DNA of 64,000 nucleotides from Fidelibacterota bacterium (GTDB lineage Bacteria; Fidelibacterota; Marinisomatia; Marinisomatales; JACNKV01): NCBI GenBank assembly GCA_014381855.1, contig JACNKV010000035.1, positions 16,080 to 80,079 of the forward strand, read 5' to 3'. Shown piece by piece: positions 45,556 to 55,425 of this stretch (position 1 is its first letter; each line of letters starts with the position of its first letter). The notes under the pieces were generated by a model. It saw only the letters and a program-made list of their open reading frames with translations, ran no database searches and was not told where the DNA came from. The position numbers and the translations under genes were made by a program.

Positions 45556-47353
45556 ATTCTTGTCTCCAGTTAATTGTATCTAAAAATTCAGGCTGATCAC
45601 CTTTGCTTAGTAAAAATGATCCCAGAATTAAGTAATCCATTTCAGTTCGCATAAAGCACCTATATGCATCTTCAGGTGATTCAACAATAGGTTCACCACG
45701 GACATTGAATGAAGTATTCACTATAACAGGGCAACCGGTTATAGCTTTAAATTCTGAAATAAGATCATGGTATTTAGGATTAATGTGTTTATTTACACTT
45801 TGTATTCTTGCTGAGTAATCAACATGGGTTATTGCAGGGATTGAAGAACGTTTTTTCTTTAGTAGATCAATCCCTGTTGTATGTGAGAAATCATCATTAC
45901 TTTTATGGATATCTAATATTTGTGCAACTAACAACATATATGGACTTGGCCTGTCAATGTCGAACCATTCTGATATATCTTCTTCTAGTACAGAAGGCGC
46001 AAATGGTCTAAAGGATTCTCTGAATTTTATTTTAAGATTCATGATTGTCTGCATGGTTTCTGATCGTGCATCACCAAGAATACTTCTGTTTCCCAGTGCG
46101 CGTGGACCGAATTCCATTTTGTCCTGAAACCAGCCCAATACTTTTCCGTTTGAAATTAGTTTGGCACCTGCTTTTGATGGCTTGTCTATTTTTTTGTTTG
46201 GAATATTATGTTCACCAAGGAAAGACTGAATACTATCATCATCATATCCCTTACCCAAGTAACATCCGTGCATACTATCTGGGATGATAACGTCTCTATT
46301 AGAATTAAACTTAGTATTCCACACTTCTAATGCAGCTCCTAAGGCACCGCCTGCATCACCGGATGCCGGTTGTACCCAAATATTGTCAAAGAGGCCACTC
46401 CTAAGGATTTTTCCATTAGCAACGCAGTTCAGTGCTACACCGCCTGCTAAACACAAATTACGTTCACGTGTTTCTTTTGCAATATGCTTTGCTGATGTTA
46501 ACATAACCTCTTCAGTTACTTCTTGGATTGAACGGGCTAAATCCATTTGTTTTTGTGTGAGAGGTGATTCAGGTTTTCGTGGAGGCCCATCAAACAATTT
46601 ATGAAAATTATGGTTTGTCATGGTTAGACCAACCGTGTAATTAAAATATTTCATATTTAGGCGATATGATCCATCATCTTTTACGTCAATTAAGTGGTCG
46701 TAAATCTGTTGTTTGTATATTGGATTTCCGTAAGGTGCTAAACCCATAACTTTGTATTCTCCGGAGTTTACTCTAAAACCGGTGTAGTACGTAAAAGCAG
46801 AATATAAGAGGCCAAGAGAGTGAGGGAAGTGAATCTCGTTATGAATTTGCACTGTATTATCAACACCTACTCCCCAGCTTGTTGTTGCCCATTCACCAAC
46901 CCCATCCATAGTAAGAAATGCGGCATGCTGAAAAGGAGAGGGGTAAAATGCAGATGCGGCATGTGATTGGTGGTGCTCTGTGAACAAGATTTCACCTGAA
47001 TATTTAAGTTCTTTGGCAATTTCATCTTTTATCCATAATTTTTTCTTGAGCCATATAGGCATCGCTTTTACAAACGACTGGATTCCCTTTGGTGCGGATT
47101 GAATATAGGTTTCCAAGAGCCTTTCAAATTTTAAAAGTGGTTTATCATAAAATACCACAACCGATAAGTCCTTTGCTGAAATATTGATTATTTCAAAGCA
47201 TGCTTTTATCGAAAGATTTGGAAAGCTGTCGTCGTGTTTTTTTCTGGAAAAACGCTCTTCTTGGGCTGCAAATACTATTTTTCCATCGCGTAACAAGCAA
47301 ATGGCAGAATCATGATAATATGCCGAAATGCCCAAGATATAATTTGATGCCAA
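45542..47353 (-). CDS. NodU/CmcH-family carbamoyltransferase
   Basis: YILGISAYYHDSAICLLRDGKIVFAAQEERFSRKKHD N-terminal ASKHA-like domain and C-terminal NTSFNVRGEPIV motif. Length is 603 aa. Confidence 0.9.
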   Translation of the reverse strand: MASNYILGISAYYHDSAICLLRDGKIVFAAQEERFSRKKHDDSFPNLSIKACFEIINISAKDLSVVVFYDKPLLKFERLLETYIQSAPKGIQSFVKAMPIWLKKKLWIKDEIAKELKYSGEILFTEHHQSHAASAFYPSPFQHAAFLTMDGVGEWATTSWGVGVDNTVQIHNEIHFPHSLGLLYSAFTYYTGFRVNSGEYKVMGLAPYGNPIYKQQIYDHLIDVKDDGSYRLNMKYFNYTVGLTMTNHNFHKLFDGPPRKPESPLTQKQMDLARSIQEVTEEVMLTSAKHIAKETRERNLCLAGGVALNCVANGKILRSGLFDNIWVQPASGDAGGALGAALEVWNTKFNSNRDVIIPDSMHGCYLGKGYDDDSIQSFLGEHNIPNKKIDKPSKAGAKLISNGKVLGWFQDKMEFGPRALGNRSILGDARSETMQTIMNLKIKFRESFRPFAPSVLEEDISEWFDIDRPSPYMLLVAQILDIHKSNDDFSHTTGIDLLKKKRSSIPAITHVDYSARIQSVNKHINPKYHDLISEFKAITGCPVIVNTSFNVRGEPIVESPEDAYRCFMRTEMDYLILGSFLLSKGDQPEFLDTINWRQEYALD

Positions 47354-47381
47354 TGTAACCTCTCCTTTGATTCTCTGTGAA

Positions 47382-50300
47382 TTATTTTATGTAAAGCATT
47401 TTAATTGATTTAGTATGGTGAATTCCGGATTGAATATGAGCAAAATACATACCTGAGCTTAAGAGTGTCCCCGAGTCATTTGTCCCATCCCAATTGATGC
47501 TATACTGACCTGGCGGTTGTACTTGATTCACTAATGTCTTTACTTCTCTCCCCGTAATATCAATAATTTTTAGAACTGTATACTCTTTCGCCGGCAAATC
47601 ATAAAGGATTGTTGTTGATGGGTTAAATGGGTTTGGAAAGTTTTGATGTAGGTTGAATCTATGTGGTAATACCGGAGTTTCCCCAATTTCGTCCACAGAT
47701 AATGGAGTTGACGAATAATATAGTACGTTTATTTCATAACCATCTAGAGCAAATTGTACACTTTCGATTTGATCGCTAGAAACTTCATATGTAGTTCCAT
47801 TCAATAGATTTGTTAGATAATAGGGTCCGTCGCCATCATATGGAAGGTATGTAAAATCCAGTGTAAAGTTGTATTGAGTATTTCTAAAATTACCAATAGT
47901 TATCAAAGTGTGTCCTTCGCTTGTTGAAGAGTAACTGAGAATATCATTTGATAGCGAATTAGGAATATCAACTATTATTGGATTATGTATATAGTTTTTT
48001 CGAATATTAATCAACTGTTTGAAATATGGTCTAAGGTTATTTGGGTCATCCCAGTTGATAGGGTCTCGTGTTGTTAGTTCACCAACTTCACCGCCGGAAT
48101 AAATTAAAGGAATACCATTTATTGTCATAATAAGAGTGTGTGCGAGTTTTGATCGGTCAGCGTCGTGGGATGCTGTCATTCGAATCTCATCATGATTTTC
48201 CAAAAAACGTAATGGTCGTGCATGTTCGGGATATATTCGAAGTAACTCATTTTTAAGTATGTCCAGCGTTACTGTCCCGTCAATTGCACCTCGTATATAG
48301 TTTCGCAATACCCAATCATTAGCGGAGTCGAAGCGATGATCATAGTACACTAGTTCTTCTGAACTTGCTTCAGCCTCTAAAAAGATTTCCGGCTTTATGT
48401 TTTTTAATGCAGCTCGCCAATCCTGCCAAAATTGCGGATTTCGCTGTTCAACTCCCCACGCAACATCACAACGATATCCGTCTACATCATACTCCTTAAC
48501 CCAGTGTGTCGCAACATCAATAAAATATTCACGAACGTTGGAATTATTATAGTTGAGATTTGGAAGGCTAGCCCAGTCGAAAAAATATTCATAATTTGAA
48601 TCGCCGGGGGTTCCATCCCAAATATAAAAATATGCCCAAGGAGAATACTGATTATATTCAAAAACATTTCTCATAAACGGATGTTGAATTGATGTGTGAT
48701 TGACAACAAAATCAAGTATAATACGAATATCATTCGAGTGTAATTCATTAACTAAAGAGCGAAATTCTTCTTCGGTGCCATAATCTTCTTCAAAGTTATA
48801 ATAATCAGTGATTTCATATCCATGAGTAGTCGGGCCAGTGTAAATAGGCATTAGCCAAATAGTATTTATCCCAAGATCAACCATGTCCGGAATGCGATCG
48901 ACTATGCCCATAAATCCACCTTGATCTGTAAATGAGCGGGGGTAAATCTCATAGATTATAGCATTGTCTATCCAACGGGCATGCTCTTCATTGGTTAGTA
49001 ATCGTATCATCACTCCATCATAAATAATACAGTGACGGGCAACGGCAACTCTTCCTTGCGAATCTGTGGCAACGAGATCTATATAATATTCTCCTGGTGT
49101 GCCGGGAACTGTAACTGTCATGGTGGAGAAATAAGGCATTCCATGCACGATAAGATTTGCAGGATTGTTTTCATCTGCCGACCATAAATATGTGAAATCT
49201 AGATCATCCGGTGAATAGCATACTGCCGTAAATGTAACTTGTAGATCTTGGATATCTCCCAAAATAGTAGCCGTTGGATTGTGATTTTTTTCATACATGA
49301 GAAAGAGTTCCTCAGAAAGAGCAGAATACCCATTGCTTGCCTCCGCATACACGTAAGCAATATTATTACCTTCAGTTAGCGTAACATCATGAGTAAAAAC
49401 GCCCTCGATTACATCTAAAATTGTCTCTGTTTCATTAAAATATAGATTTACAGTTGTCACGGATTCATCGTCAACGGTACCTGCAATAGTAATGTTTTCA
49501 TACCAATAAATTTCCGAAGGAGTTAAAAACGTAATGACAGGACCAAAATTAGCTAAGCTATCAGAAATATCATCTGAGTAAAGCGACGCAACTCCACGCC
49601 CATGACCATCCAAAGCACTAAGACGAGCGCCATGTGGTTCGTCTTCTATAATGTAATTTGACAGAATCCGATTTTGCCAAAAGGCACTTCGAATAAATGC
49701 AGCATCAAACACATCAGGGTCTTCTGAATTAGCGATGCCACCGTTGTCAATAGTAACTTCATATCCGTTGCCACTTCCGTCGTCAGATGCGATATAAGAG
49801 AAGAGAGTGAAATCACGTCTTTGATTCCATCCGCCGAGTAAACTGTCCAAATAGGCCAGTTCAACATCAAAAACAAATTCTGAGTTTAAAATGGCGGATT
49901 CATCAATAATTATTTGAGTTGTCCCAAATAGAGTCGGTTCGCGATTTTCTTGGAAGCGGTTTTCAATCTCTGCATTAAACAGAGAACTGTTGGGTGGGGA
50001 AATCGATGCAAATATCCCCTCGTTGTTCCAATCTTGTAAGAGTAAATCCAATCCGCGGGAATCTTCAGTATAGCTATTTACAGGGTTTGTAATCAGTAAC
50101 CCCAGACGTGTTTTATCGTGAACACCTCCCATTTTAACCGTAAAATGTAAGATATCGTTGTTTCCTGTAGCTTCAATACAAAGGCTATGAATATCAACAT
50201 CTGTTTGGGACATATCATCTGGAACAATATATTGTATATCATTAAACGCGTCTACAAAATGATACCCGGAGTTTTCAGGGAAAACCCCGAAAGTATATTG

Positions 50301-51545
50301 ATTTTCCGCCGCAATTCCTTTTCCGTTTTCAAAGAAAACAGAAATATGAGTAAACTCGTTATTCTGAGAAAGAGAAATGATAGCTGAGACTTCATTTGTC
50401 TCGGAATTAAATTGGTGAGTAATCAGAGATTCGTTGTAGTTTAACTGGATAGAGGATTCGTTAATTCCATCACCATATGTGCCCGATCGTAATTTTGCAC
50501 GGAAAATAAACTCTGTTTCGATTTCAGAAAATATCGTTCCTTGAGTTGGTTCTAATAGTTTGATACTTGGAGTGGAGTCTGGCATGACAATGATTAAGTT
50601 GTTATTTGTATTGTTAGGATTATATTCAGGGTTATCCCAATCATTAGTCCAATAACTGGTGTTAAGTTGAAATTTATATTCCCACATATTTTCTTCTAAA
50701 TCAACAGTTGTTTCCCAGACGCCATCTTCGTCTAAGTCTGTCATGGGATTAAATTGATTATTCCAATTATTAAAAGAGCCCATAAGTGACACAGCGTTGA
50801 TTGATTGCATAAAAAATAGCCGTGAATTATGACTGTCAAAATAAAAATCAACCGGAGTAGTATATATAACTAAATTGGGTTCATATAAATATGTAGAACT
50901 TTGGATAACCGTCCCTAATTCAGATGATATACTAGCTGTTATCGTGTGTTCTCCAATAGAAAGAGGCTCTTGCGGTTGAAAAGAAAACTCATGAAGTTCT
51001 TGGATAAAATATTGGGTTGGATTATCAATTGGCACACCATCAATCATAACGACAAGCGTTTCGATATCGATAGGATAATCCGGTGAATGATTAATAATAA
51101 CACGTATTGGCTCACCCACCGACGTTGTATCAATATACATTTCTCCTGTAGTAGTGACATCACGAGGCAGAAGGTAAGTAATGATGGGGTCTGTTACTTC
51201 AATCATAGAATTGTTATTATCGGAGATGTTAATACGTGGGTTGTGCGGGTCGGTAAATGCCTGCCCCCAATCTGCATCCAAAACAAATTTATAATTATGG
51301 TTTACGTTTAGAGCGAGTTCGGTTGTGAGTGTGAATTCTCCATCACCATCGGGGTCTTCCATGACCATACTGTTGTCAGAATTATTCCATCCGTTAAAAC
51401 TTCCGACTAATCGGATGACTTCAAAATTATCCAGTGGCGGGTCGAAATGAAAGATGATGGGGACAGTTTGTCCATAAGCAACTGAACTTGTGATTATCAA
51501 TACAATCATCCACAGTATTGGCAGAATAGTTTTTATTGAACGCAT
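47382..51545 (-). CDS. giant secreted GH13 alpha-amylase-family enzyme with tandem CBM48-like modules and T9SS CTD
   Basis: The preferred start, ATG at 51545 (RBS AAGGAA), gives the signal peptide MRSIKTILPILWMIVLIITSSVAYG. Modules of type LVGSFNGWNN and LMGSFNNWNN. Catalytic IYEIYPRSF, LDFVVNHTS, GYRCDVAWG, FLEAEA and FLENHDEIR. CTD runs FPNPFNPSTTILY..GMYFAHI..IKMLYIK. Confidence 0.88.
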   Translation of the reverse strand: MRSIKTILPILWMIVLIITSSVAYGQTVPIIFHFDPPLDNFEVIRLVGSFNGWNNSDNSMVMEDPDGDGEFTLTTELALNVNHNYKFVLDADWGQAFTDPHNPRINISDNNNSMIEVTDPIITYLLPRDVTTTGEMYIDTTSVGEPIRVIINHSPDYPIDIETLVVMIDGVPIDNPTQYFIQELHEFSFQPQEPLSIGEHTITASISSELGTVIQSSTYLYEPNLVIYTTPVDFYFDSHNSRLFFMQSINAVSLMGSFNNWNNQFNPMTDLDEDGVWETTVDLEENMWEYKFQLNTSYWTNDWDNPEYNPNNTNNNLIIVMPDSTPSIKLLEPTQGTIFSEIETEFIFRAKLRSGTYGDGINESSIQLNYNESLITHQFNSETNEVSAIISLSQNNEFTHISVFFENGKGIAAENQYTFGVFPENSGYHFVDAFNDIQYIVPDDMSQTDVDIHSLCIEATGNNDILHFTVKMGGVHDKTRLGLLITNPVNSYTEDSRGLDLLLQDWNNEGIFASISPPNSSLFNAEIENRFQENREPTLFGTTQIIIDESAILNSEFVFDVELAYLDSLLGGWNQRRDFTLFSYIASDDGSGNGYEVTIDNGGIANSEDPDVFDAAFIRSAFWQNRILSNYIIEDEPHGARLSALDGHGRGVASLYSDDISDSLANFGPVITFLTPSEIYWYENITIAGTVDDESVTTVNLYFNETETILDVIEGVFTHDVTLTEGNNIAYVYAEASNGYSALSEELFLMYEKNHNPTATILGDIQDLQVTFTAVCYSPDDLDFTYLWSADENNPANLIVHGMPYFSTMTVTVPGTPGEYYIDLVATDSQGRVAVARHCIIYDGVMIRLLTNEEHARWIDNAIIYEIYPRSFTDQGGFMGIVDRIPDMVDLGINTIWLMPIYTGPTTHGYEITDYYNFEEDYGTEEEFRSLVNELHSNDIRIILDFVVNHTSIQHPFMRNVFEYNQYSPWAYFYIWDGTPGDSNYEYFFDWASLPNLNYNNSNVREYFIDVATHWVKEYDVDGYRCDVAWGVEQRNPQFWQDWRAALKNIKPEIFLEAEASSEELVYYDHRFDSANDWVLRNYIRGAIDGTVTLDILKNELLRIYPEHARPLRFLENHDEIRMTASHDADRSKLAHTLIMTINGIPLIYSGGEVGELTTRDPINWDDPNNLRPYFKQLINIRKNYIHNPIIVDIPNSLSNDILSYSSTSEGHTLITIGNFRNTQYNFTLDFTYLPYDGDGPYYLTNLLNGTTYEVSSDQIESVQFALDGYEINVLYYSSTPLSVDEIGETPVLPHRFNLHQNFPNPFNPSTTILYDLPAKEYTVLKIIDITGREVKTLVNQVQPPGQYSINWDGTNDSGTLLSSGMYFAHIQSGIHHTKSIKMLYIK

Positions 51546-51629
51546 AAGTATTCCTTTTTTATTTTTCACAGAATATTTATTTATGGAGAGGGAATCTCTT
51601 TCTATCATAATTATGGTCGAACATGACAT

Positions 51630-51637
51630 CAAATTTA
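51630..51637 (-). promoter_or_regulatory. possible -7 promoter box TAAATTTG for the giant GH13 operon
   Basis: The minus-strand sequence TAAATTTG matches the Bacteroidota-type TAnnTTTG consensus exactly, about 85 nt upstream of the ATG at 51545. This is a consensus match only. Confidence 0.3.
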
Positions 51638-51745
51638 CAAAAAAGAAGGATGAAATAAGTACTTTTCATTTCAATTAAACCGATATAATCGGATAATAAA
51701 AGTCAGTTAGTGGCTTAGGTGTAACGCACAGAAATACCAATATTG

Positions 51746-51753
51746 TAAATTTG
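51746..51753 (+). promoter_or_regulatory. possible -7 promoter box TAAATTTG for rpmB
   Basis: The plus-strand sequence TAAATTTG lies about 95 nt upstream of the rpmB ATG. This is a consensus match only. Confidence 0.3.
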
Positions 51754-51847
51754 AGAATAATCAAGAGATATTATTTGTAATGATATAAAACGTTTGTTAA
51801 ATTTATAGGCTTATTTCGATAATAAAATAAAGAATTTAGGACATATT

Positions 51848-52084
51848 ATGAGTAGAGTTTGTGACGTAACCGGAAAAAAACCGATGTTTGGAAATCATGT
51901 GAGTCATGCTCACAACAAAACCCGTCGCCGGTTCAATGTTAACTTGCAGAAAAAACGATTCTGGCTTCCGGGTGAAGAACGATTTATCACATTAAATGTA
52001 TCCACACGTGGAATTCGGATTATTGATAAAAAAGGAATACGGAAAGTCGTGAATGAACTGCGCGCGCAAGGAAAAAAGATATAA
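51848..52084 (+). CDS. rpmB: 50S ribosomal protein L28
   Basis: [39 protein letters not shown] is the conserved L28 N-terminus. Length is 78 aa. Confidence 0.95.
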   Translation: MSRVCDVTGKKPMFGNHVSHAHNKTRRRFNVNLQKKRFWLPGEERFITLNVSTRGIRIIDKKGIRKVVNELRAQGKKI

Positions 52085-52103
52085 TATTATTAATTGACCT
52101 CCC

Positions 52104-52135
52104 AAAAAAAAGCCCCGATATCGGGGCTTTTTTTT
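52104..52135. terminator. bidirectional rho-independent terminator between convergent rpmB and ftsZ
   Basis: An A8 tract, the palindrome GCCCCGATATCGGGGC and a T8 tract. A U-tract is therefore available on both strands. Confidence 0.88.
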
Positions 52136-52160
52136 CAATCATCTTAATTTGCGTTTTTTA

Positions 52161-53360
52161 TTATTCATGTTGTCGACGGATAAATGCCGGGATTTCCAGG
52201 TCGTTTCCGTAAATTACCGGTTTTTCATCATCGAAATGAAACTTTGGTTTATTAGGCTCAACTCGAGAGGAATCATTATCTTCCGGCTGAGACTTTTGCA
52301 CATGAAGCGGCATATTCATCTGTCCGGCAATGATTTGCGTTTCCTGACGTGATGTGGATGCCTTCTCCGTGGTCGTGATATTTGTTTTTTCAATAGATTT
52401 AGTCTGGTTAAATCCGGTTGCAATTACGGTTACGCGAATATCGTCAGACATCGTCGGATCAATAACAGCACCAAAGATAATATTCGCATCATTTCCGGCC
52501 TCTTCAAAGATAATAGACGTAGCTTCATCGACCTCATGCAGCGTCAAATCGCTACCGCCGGTAATATTAACCAAGACACCCTGTGCGCCACTGATGCTTG
52601 CGTTGTCCAATAATGGACTGGAGATTGCCTGCTGAGCCGCTAAAGCAGCACGTTCTTCACCCGAAGCCGACCCTGTGCCCATGATGGCTTCACCCATATT
52701 TTTCATAATTGTTTCCACATCCGCGAAATCAAGGTTGATCATCCCATGGACATTAATCAAATCTGAAATACCTTTGGCTGCCTGATGCAAAATGGAATCT
52801 GCCATCAGGAAAGCTTCCGGTAGAGTGGTGTTTTTATCGACGATGGACATTAGTTTTTGATTTGGAATGATGATAACCGTATCGCAGACTTTCCGCATTT
52901 CTGAAACACCGTTTAAGGCACGATTCATTCGTTTAGGACCTTCAAAATTGAAGGGAAGAGTCACAATCCCTACTGTAAGAATCCCCAAATCCCGCGTAAT
53001 TTGAGCCGTGATTGGAGCCGCACCTGTACCTGTCCCTCCGCCCATACCGGCAGTAATGAATACCATATCCGATCCTTCCAACAGAGATTTTACCGCTTCA
53101 CGATCGGCTTCCATTGCTTGCTGCCCGATGGTTGATTGCGCTCCCGCACCCAATCCCTTTGTCAGGTTTTTCCCAATTTGGATTTTGTGTTCGGCGACGT
53201 TGTTTTCAAGATCCTGAGCGTCTGTGTTTATGACAAAGAAATCCACTCCACTCATATTTGATGTAATCATTCGATTGATGGCGTTTCCCCCGGCACCGCC
53301 CACACCGACTACTTTTAATTTCGCTTTCTGTTCAGCTAGGTTATCAAATTCAAATAACAT
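52161..53360 (-). CDS. ftsZ: cell division GTPase FtsZ
   Basis: GVGGAGGNAINRM, the tubulin signature GMGGGTGTGAAP, and the C-terminal peptide DLEIPAFIRRQ. Confidence 0.97.
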   Translation of the reverse strand: MLFEFDNLAEQKAKLKVVGVGGAGGNAINRMITSNMSGVDFFVINTDAQDLENNVAEHKIQIGKNLTKGLGAGAQSTIGQQAMEADREAVKSLLEGSDMVFITAGMGGGTGTGAAPITAQITRDLGILTVGIVTLPFNFEGPKRMNRALNGVSEMRKVCDTVIIIPNQKLMSIVDKNTTLPEAFLMADSILHQAAKGISDLINVHGMINLDFADVETIMKNMGEAIMGTGSASGEERAALAAQQAISSPLLDNASISGAQGVLVNITGGSDLTLHEVDEATSIIFEEAGNDANIIFGAVIDPTMSDDIRVTVIATGFNQTKSIEKTNITTTEKASTSRQETQIIAGQMNMPLHVQKSQPEDNDSSRVEPNKPKFHFDDEKPVIYGNDLEIPAFIRRQHE

Positions 53361-53392
53361 GTTGCTCTCCTTTGGTTATGTTTATTTATTCC

Positions 53393-54664
53393 TTAAAAAA
53401 ATTCTTTGAACCATTGTGACAGTTTATTTACGACAGTTTTAAATGTCAATCCTGTCGGCTCGGAAAATTGTTTCTCATCGTAATATAGCGGCCACCGGAC
53501 AAGACCAACCACTCCCGAATGTGCAGCGGTAGAGGCGATATCGATAGCTCCGCTCACGCCTTTTGGTATCCCGATTCGAGTTCGAAGTTTAAGCGTTTCT
53601 TCAGCAAGACCGGTAAGATTTTTTAACTGTGCTCCTCCTCCGGTAAGAACCAGCCCATACGTTAGACTTTCATGGATGTCTGCTCGGGATATTTCTCTGG
53701 CAATCAATTGGAGCAATTCTACCATTCTTGCTTCCACGTACCTGGAGACTTCGTGCTCCGAAATATCTCTTTTGAGTTCACCTTCTTTCACGGGAATGTC
53801 GAAATTTAATTCGGGAGAAGCCATAGATGACTTTGCTGATGCATATTTCAGTTTAATCATTTCTGCATCTTCTTTGCCAATCTGAAGCATAACTGCAATA
53901 TCATTTGTAATACTGCTGGCACCAATTGGAATCACCCCTGTATGACGAACGCCGCCGTCATGAAAAACGGTGATATCGGTGGTTCCTGCTCCAATATTTA
54001 CAACCGCAACTCCCAGTTCTTTCTCATCTTCATCCACGGTCGCAATTGTAGAGGCTAGTCCCTGAAAAACGAAACCTTCTACGGTGAGCCCAAGTTCTTC
54101 AATACAACCGGCAAGGTTCGTTGCTGTTGATGTTGCCATCGTTACCAGATGCACTCGCGCCTCCAAGCGACGACCGGACATACCAACCGGGTCTTTGATT
54201 CCTGTCATAGTATCGATGACATATTCCTGGGGTAAAATATGGAGGATATCTCTATCCACAGGGAAAGAGATTGCCTTTGCAAGTTCCAAAACTTGTCGAA
54301 CATCTTCACGCGATATGTCGTATTCAGACGACATTTGGGAATGTCCGTTTTTTTGAATCGCGATTGCTCCTTGGGTGTTAATTCCTCGTATGTGATCTCC
54401 TGAAATAGAGAGATGCACATGATTTACCTTCATTCCTGCCATCGTTTCTGCATCGGTAATCGCTGTTTCAATTTCATCAATAATCTGATCCCGGTGGATG
54501 ATTGATCCCTGCTTGATTCCACTTGAAGGCGAAGAACCAATGCCAAGAAGTTTTATCTCCTTGCTATCCGTATTTACCTCAGCAATAGCACATCGAATCC
54601 GAGAGGTTCCGATGTCGATGCCGACATTGATAGTTTTATCCTGAATTCTGTTTAGTGACTTCAT
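53393..54664 (-). CDS. ftsA: cell division protein FtsA
   Basis: Actin-like ATPase motifs VGIDIGTSRIRCAIAE, NIGAGTTDITVF and VLTGGGAQL. Located between ftsQ and ftsZ. Confidence 0.95.
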   Translation of the reverse strand: MKSLNRIQDKTINVGIDIGTSRIRCAIAEVNTDSKEIKLLGIGSSPSSGIKQGSIIHRDQIIDEIETAITDAETMAGMKVNHVHLSISGDHIRGINTQGAIAIQKNGHSQMSSEYDISREDVRQVLELAKAISFPVDRDILHILPQEYVIDTMTGIKDPVGMSGRRLEARVHLVTMATSTATNLAGCIEELGLTVEGFVFQGLASTIATVDEDEKELGVAVVNIGAGTTDITVFHDGGVRHTGVIPIGASSITNDIAVMLQIGKEDAEMIKLKYASAKSSMASPELNFDIPVKEGELKRDISEHEVSRYVEARMVELLQLIAREISRADIHESLTYGLVLTGGGAQLKNLTGLAEETLKLRTRIGIPKGVSGAIDIASTAAHSGVVGLVRWPLYYDEKQFSEPTGLTFKTVVNKLSQWFKEFF

Positions 54665-55425
54665 CTTTTCCGTTCTCGTACAATAACTTGATTATTATAA
54701 CGGAGATCAATTGTTGAGAAATCAGTGAGGTGTCTTTTTTGTGACAATGATAGCCCAAATTCTTTTAAAATATGTATCTTTTTCGAAATATTTTTCAGAC
54801 CCAAAAGTACTTTTGTTGGTTTTTCCAATAGTATTAGTTCGTACTCGTCTTGGTGATTTAACCGTATCTCTGAAATATTTTTATAGAGAGTAGGGTTTAG
54901 GTTTTGGATGCGGACAATTATCTTTGTGGTCTCGCGTATCTTTGATGACAACGTAGGCTTTCCCACGGGAAAAAGGTTTTTCGTTTCATTAAATCCTGAC
55001 AGGATAGGGATATTCATTTCTATGACGGTTGAGTTATTCGGCAAAACAACTGAATATTGATCAATAAACATAATGGGGTCCATATTAATCATAGCAATGG
55101 GTTCTCGTTCTACCAATTCCACACTTAAGACATCAGGAAAATGTATACTGACCCTTGCAGCTTGAACATATGGAGACGTTTCTAACCTCTCTGCAATAGT
55201 CTTGTTGTGTAATTGACTTACGGGGAGACCGATTAAATCCTGAAGAGAGTTTGTGTAGTCGCTGGCAGGAATAATTTTGCTTCCAGTCACAAGGATAGAT
55301 TTGACTGATAACATCTTGGTGTACGATGCCCAGGAAAATGCGCCCCAAGTGAGGGCAGAGCATGCAAGGGTGAGAGAAAATCCGACCACGAAGCGAAAAG
55401 AGGCAAACTGTGCTAATGTTTTCAT
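54661..55425 (-). CDS. ftsQ: cell division protein FtsQ (TM + POTRA)
   Basis: N-terminal TM helix and a POTRA-like segment (ILVTGSKIIPASDY..). Conserved position between murB and ftsA. Has 4-nt overlaps on both sides. Confidence 0.8.
   Translation of the reverse strand: MKTLAQFASFRFVVGFSLTLACSALTWGAFSWASYTKMLSVKSILVTGSKIIPASDYTNSLQDLIGLPVSQLHNKTIAERLETSPYVQAARVSIHFPDVLSVELVEREPIAMINMDPIMFIDQYSVVLPNNSTVIEMNIPILSGFNETKNLFPVGKPTLSSKIRETTKIIVRIQNLNPTLYKNISEIRLNHQDEYELILLEKPTKVLLGLKNISKKIHILKEFGLSLSQKRHLTDFSTIDLRYNNQVIVRERKR

Noticed and set aside
51546-51632. N-terminal 29-aa extension of the giant GH13 given by the ORF track (start at 51632)
   Set aside because: The extension has no signal-peptide character and would bury the real signal peptide. 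The ATG at 51545 has an AAGGAA RBS and gives a canonical signal sequence. The putative -7 box also falls inside the extension.
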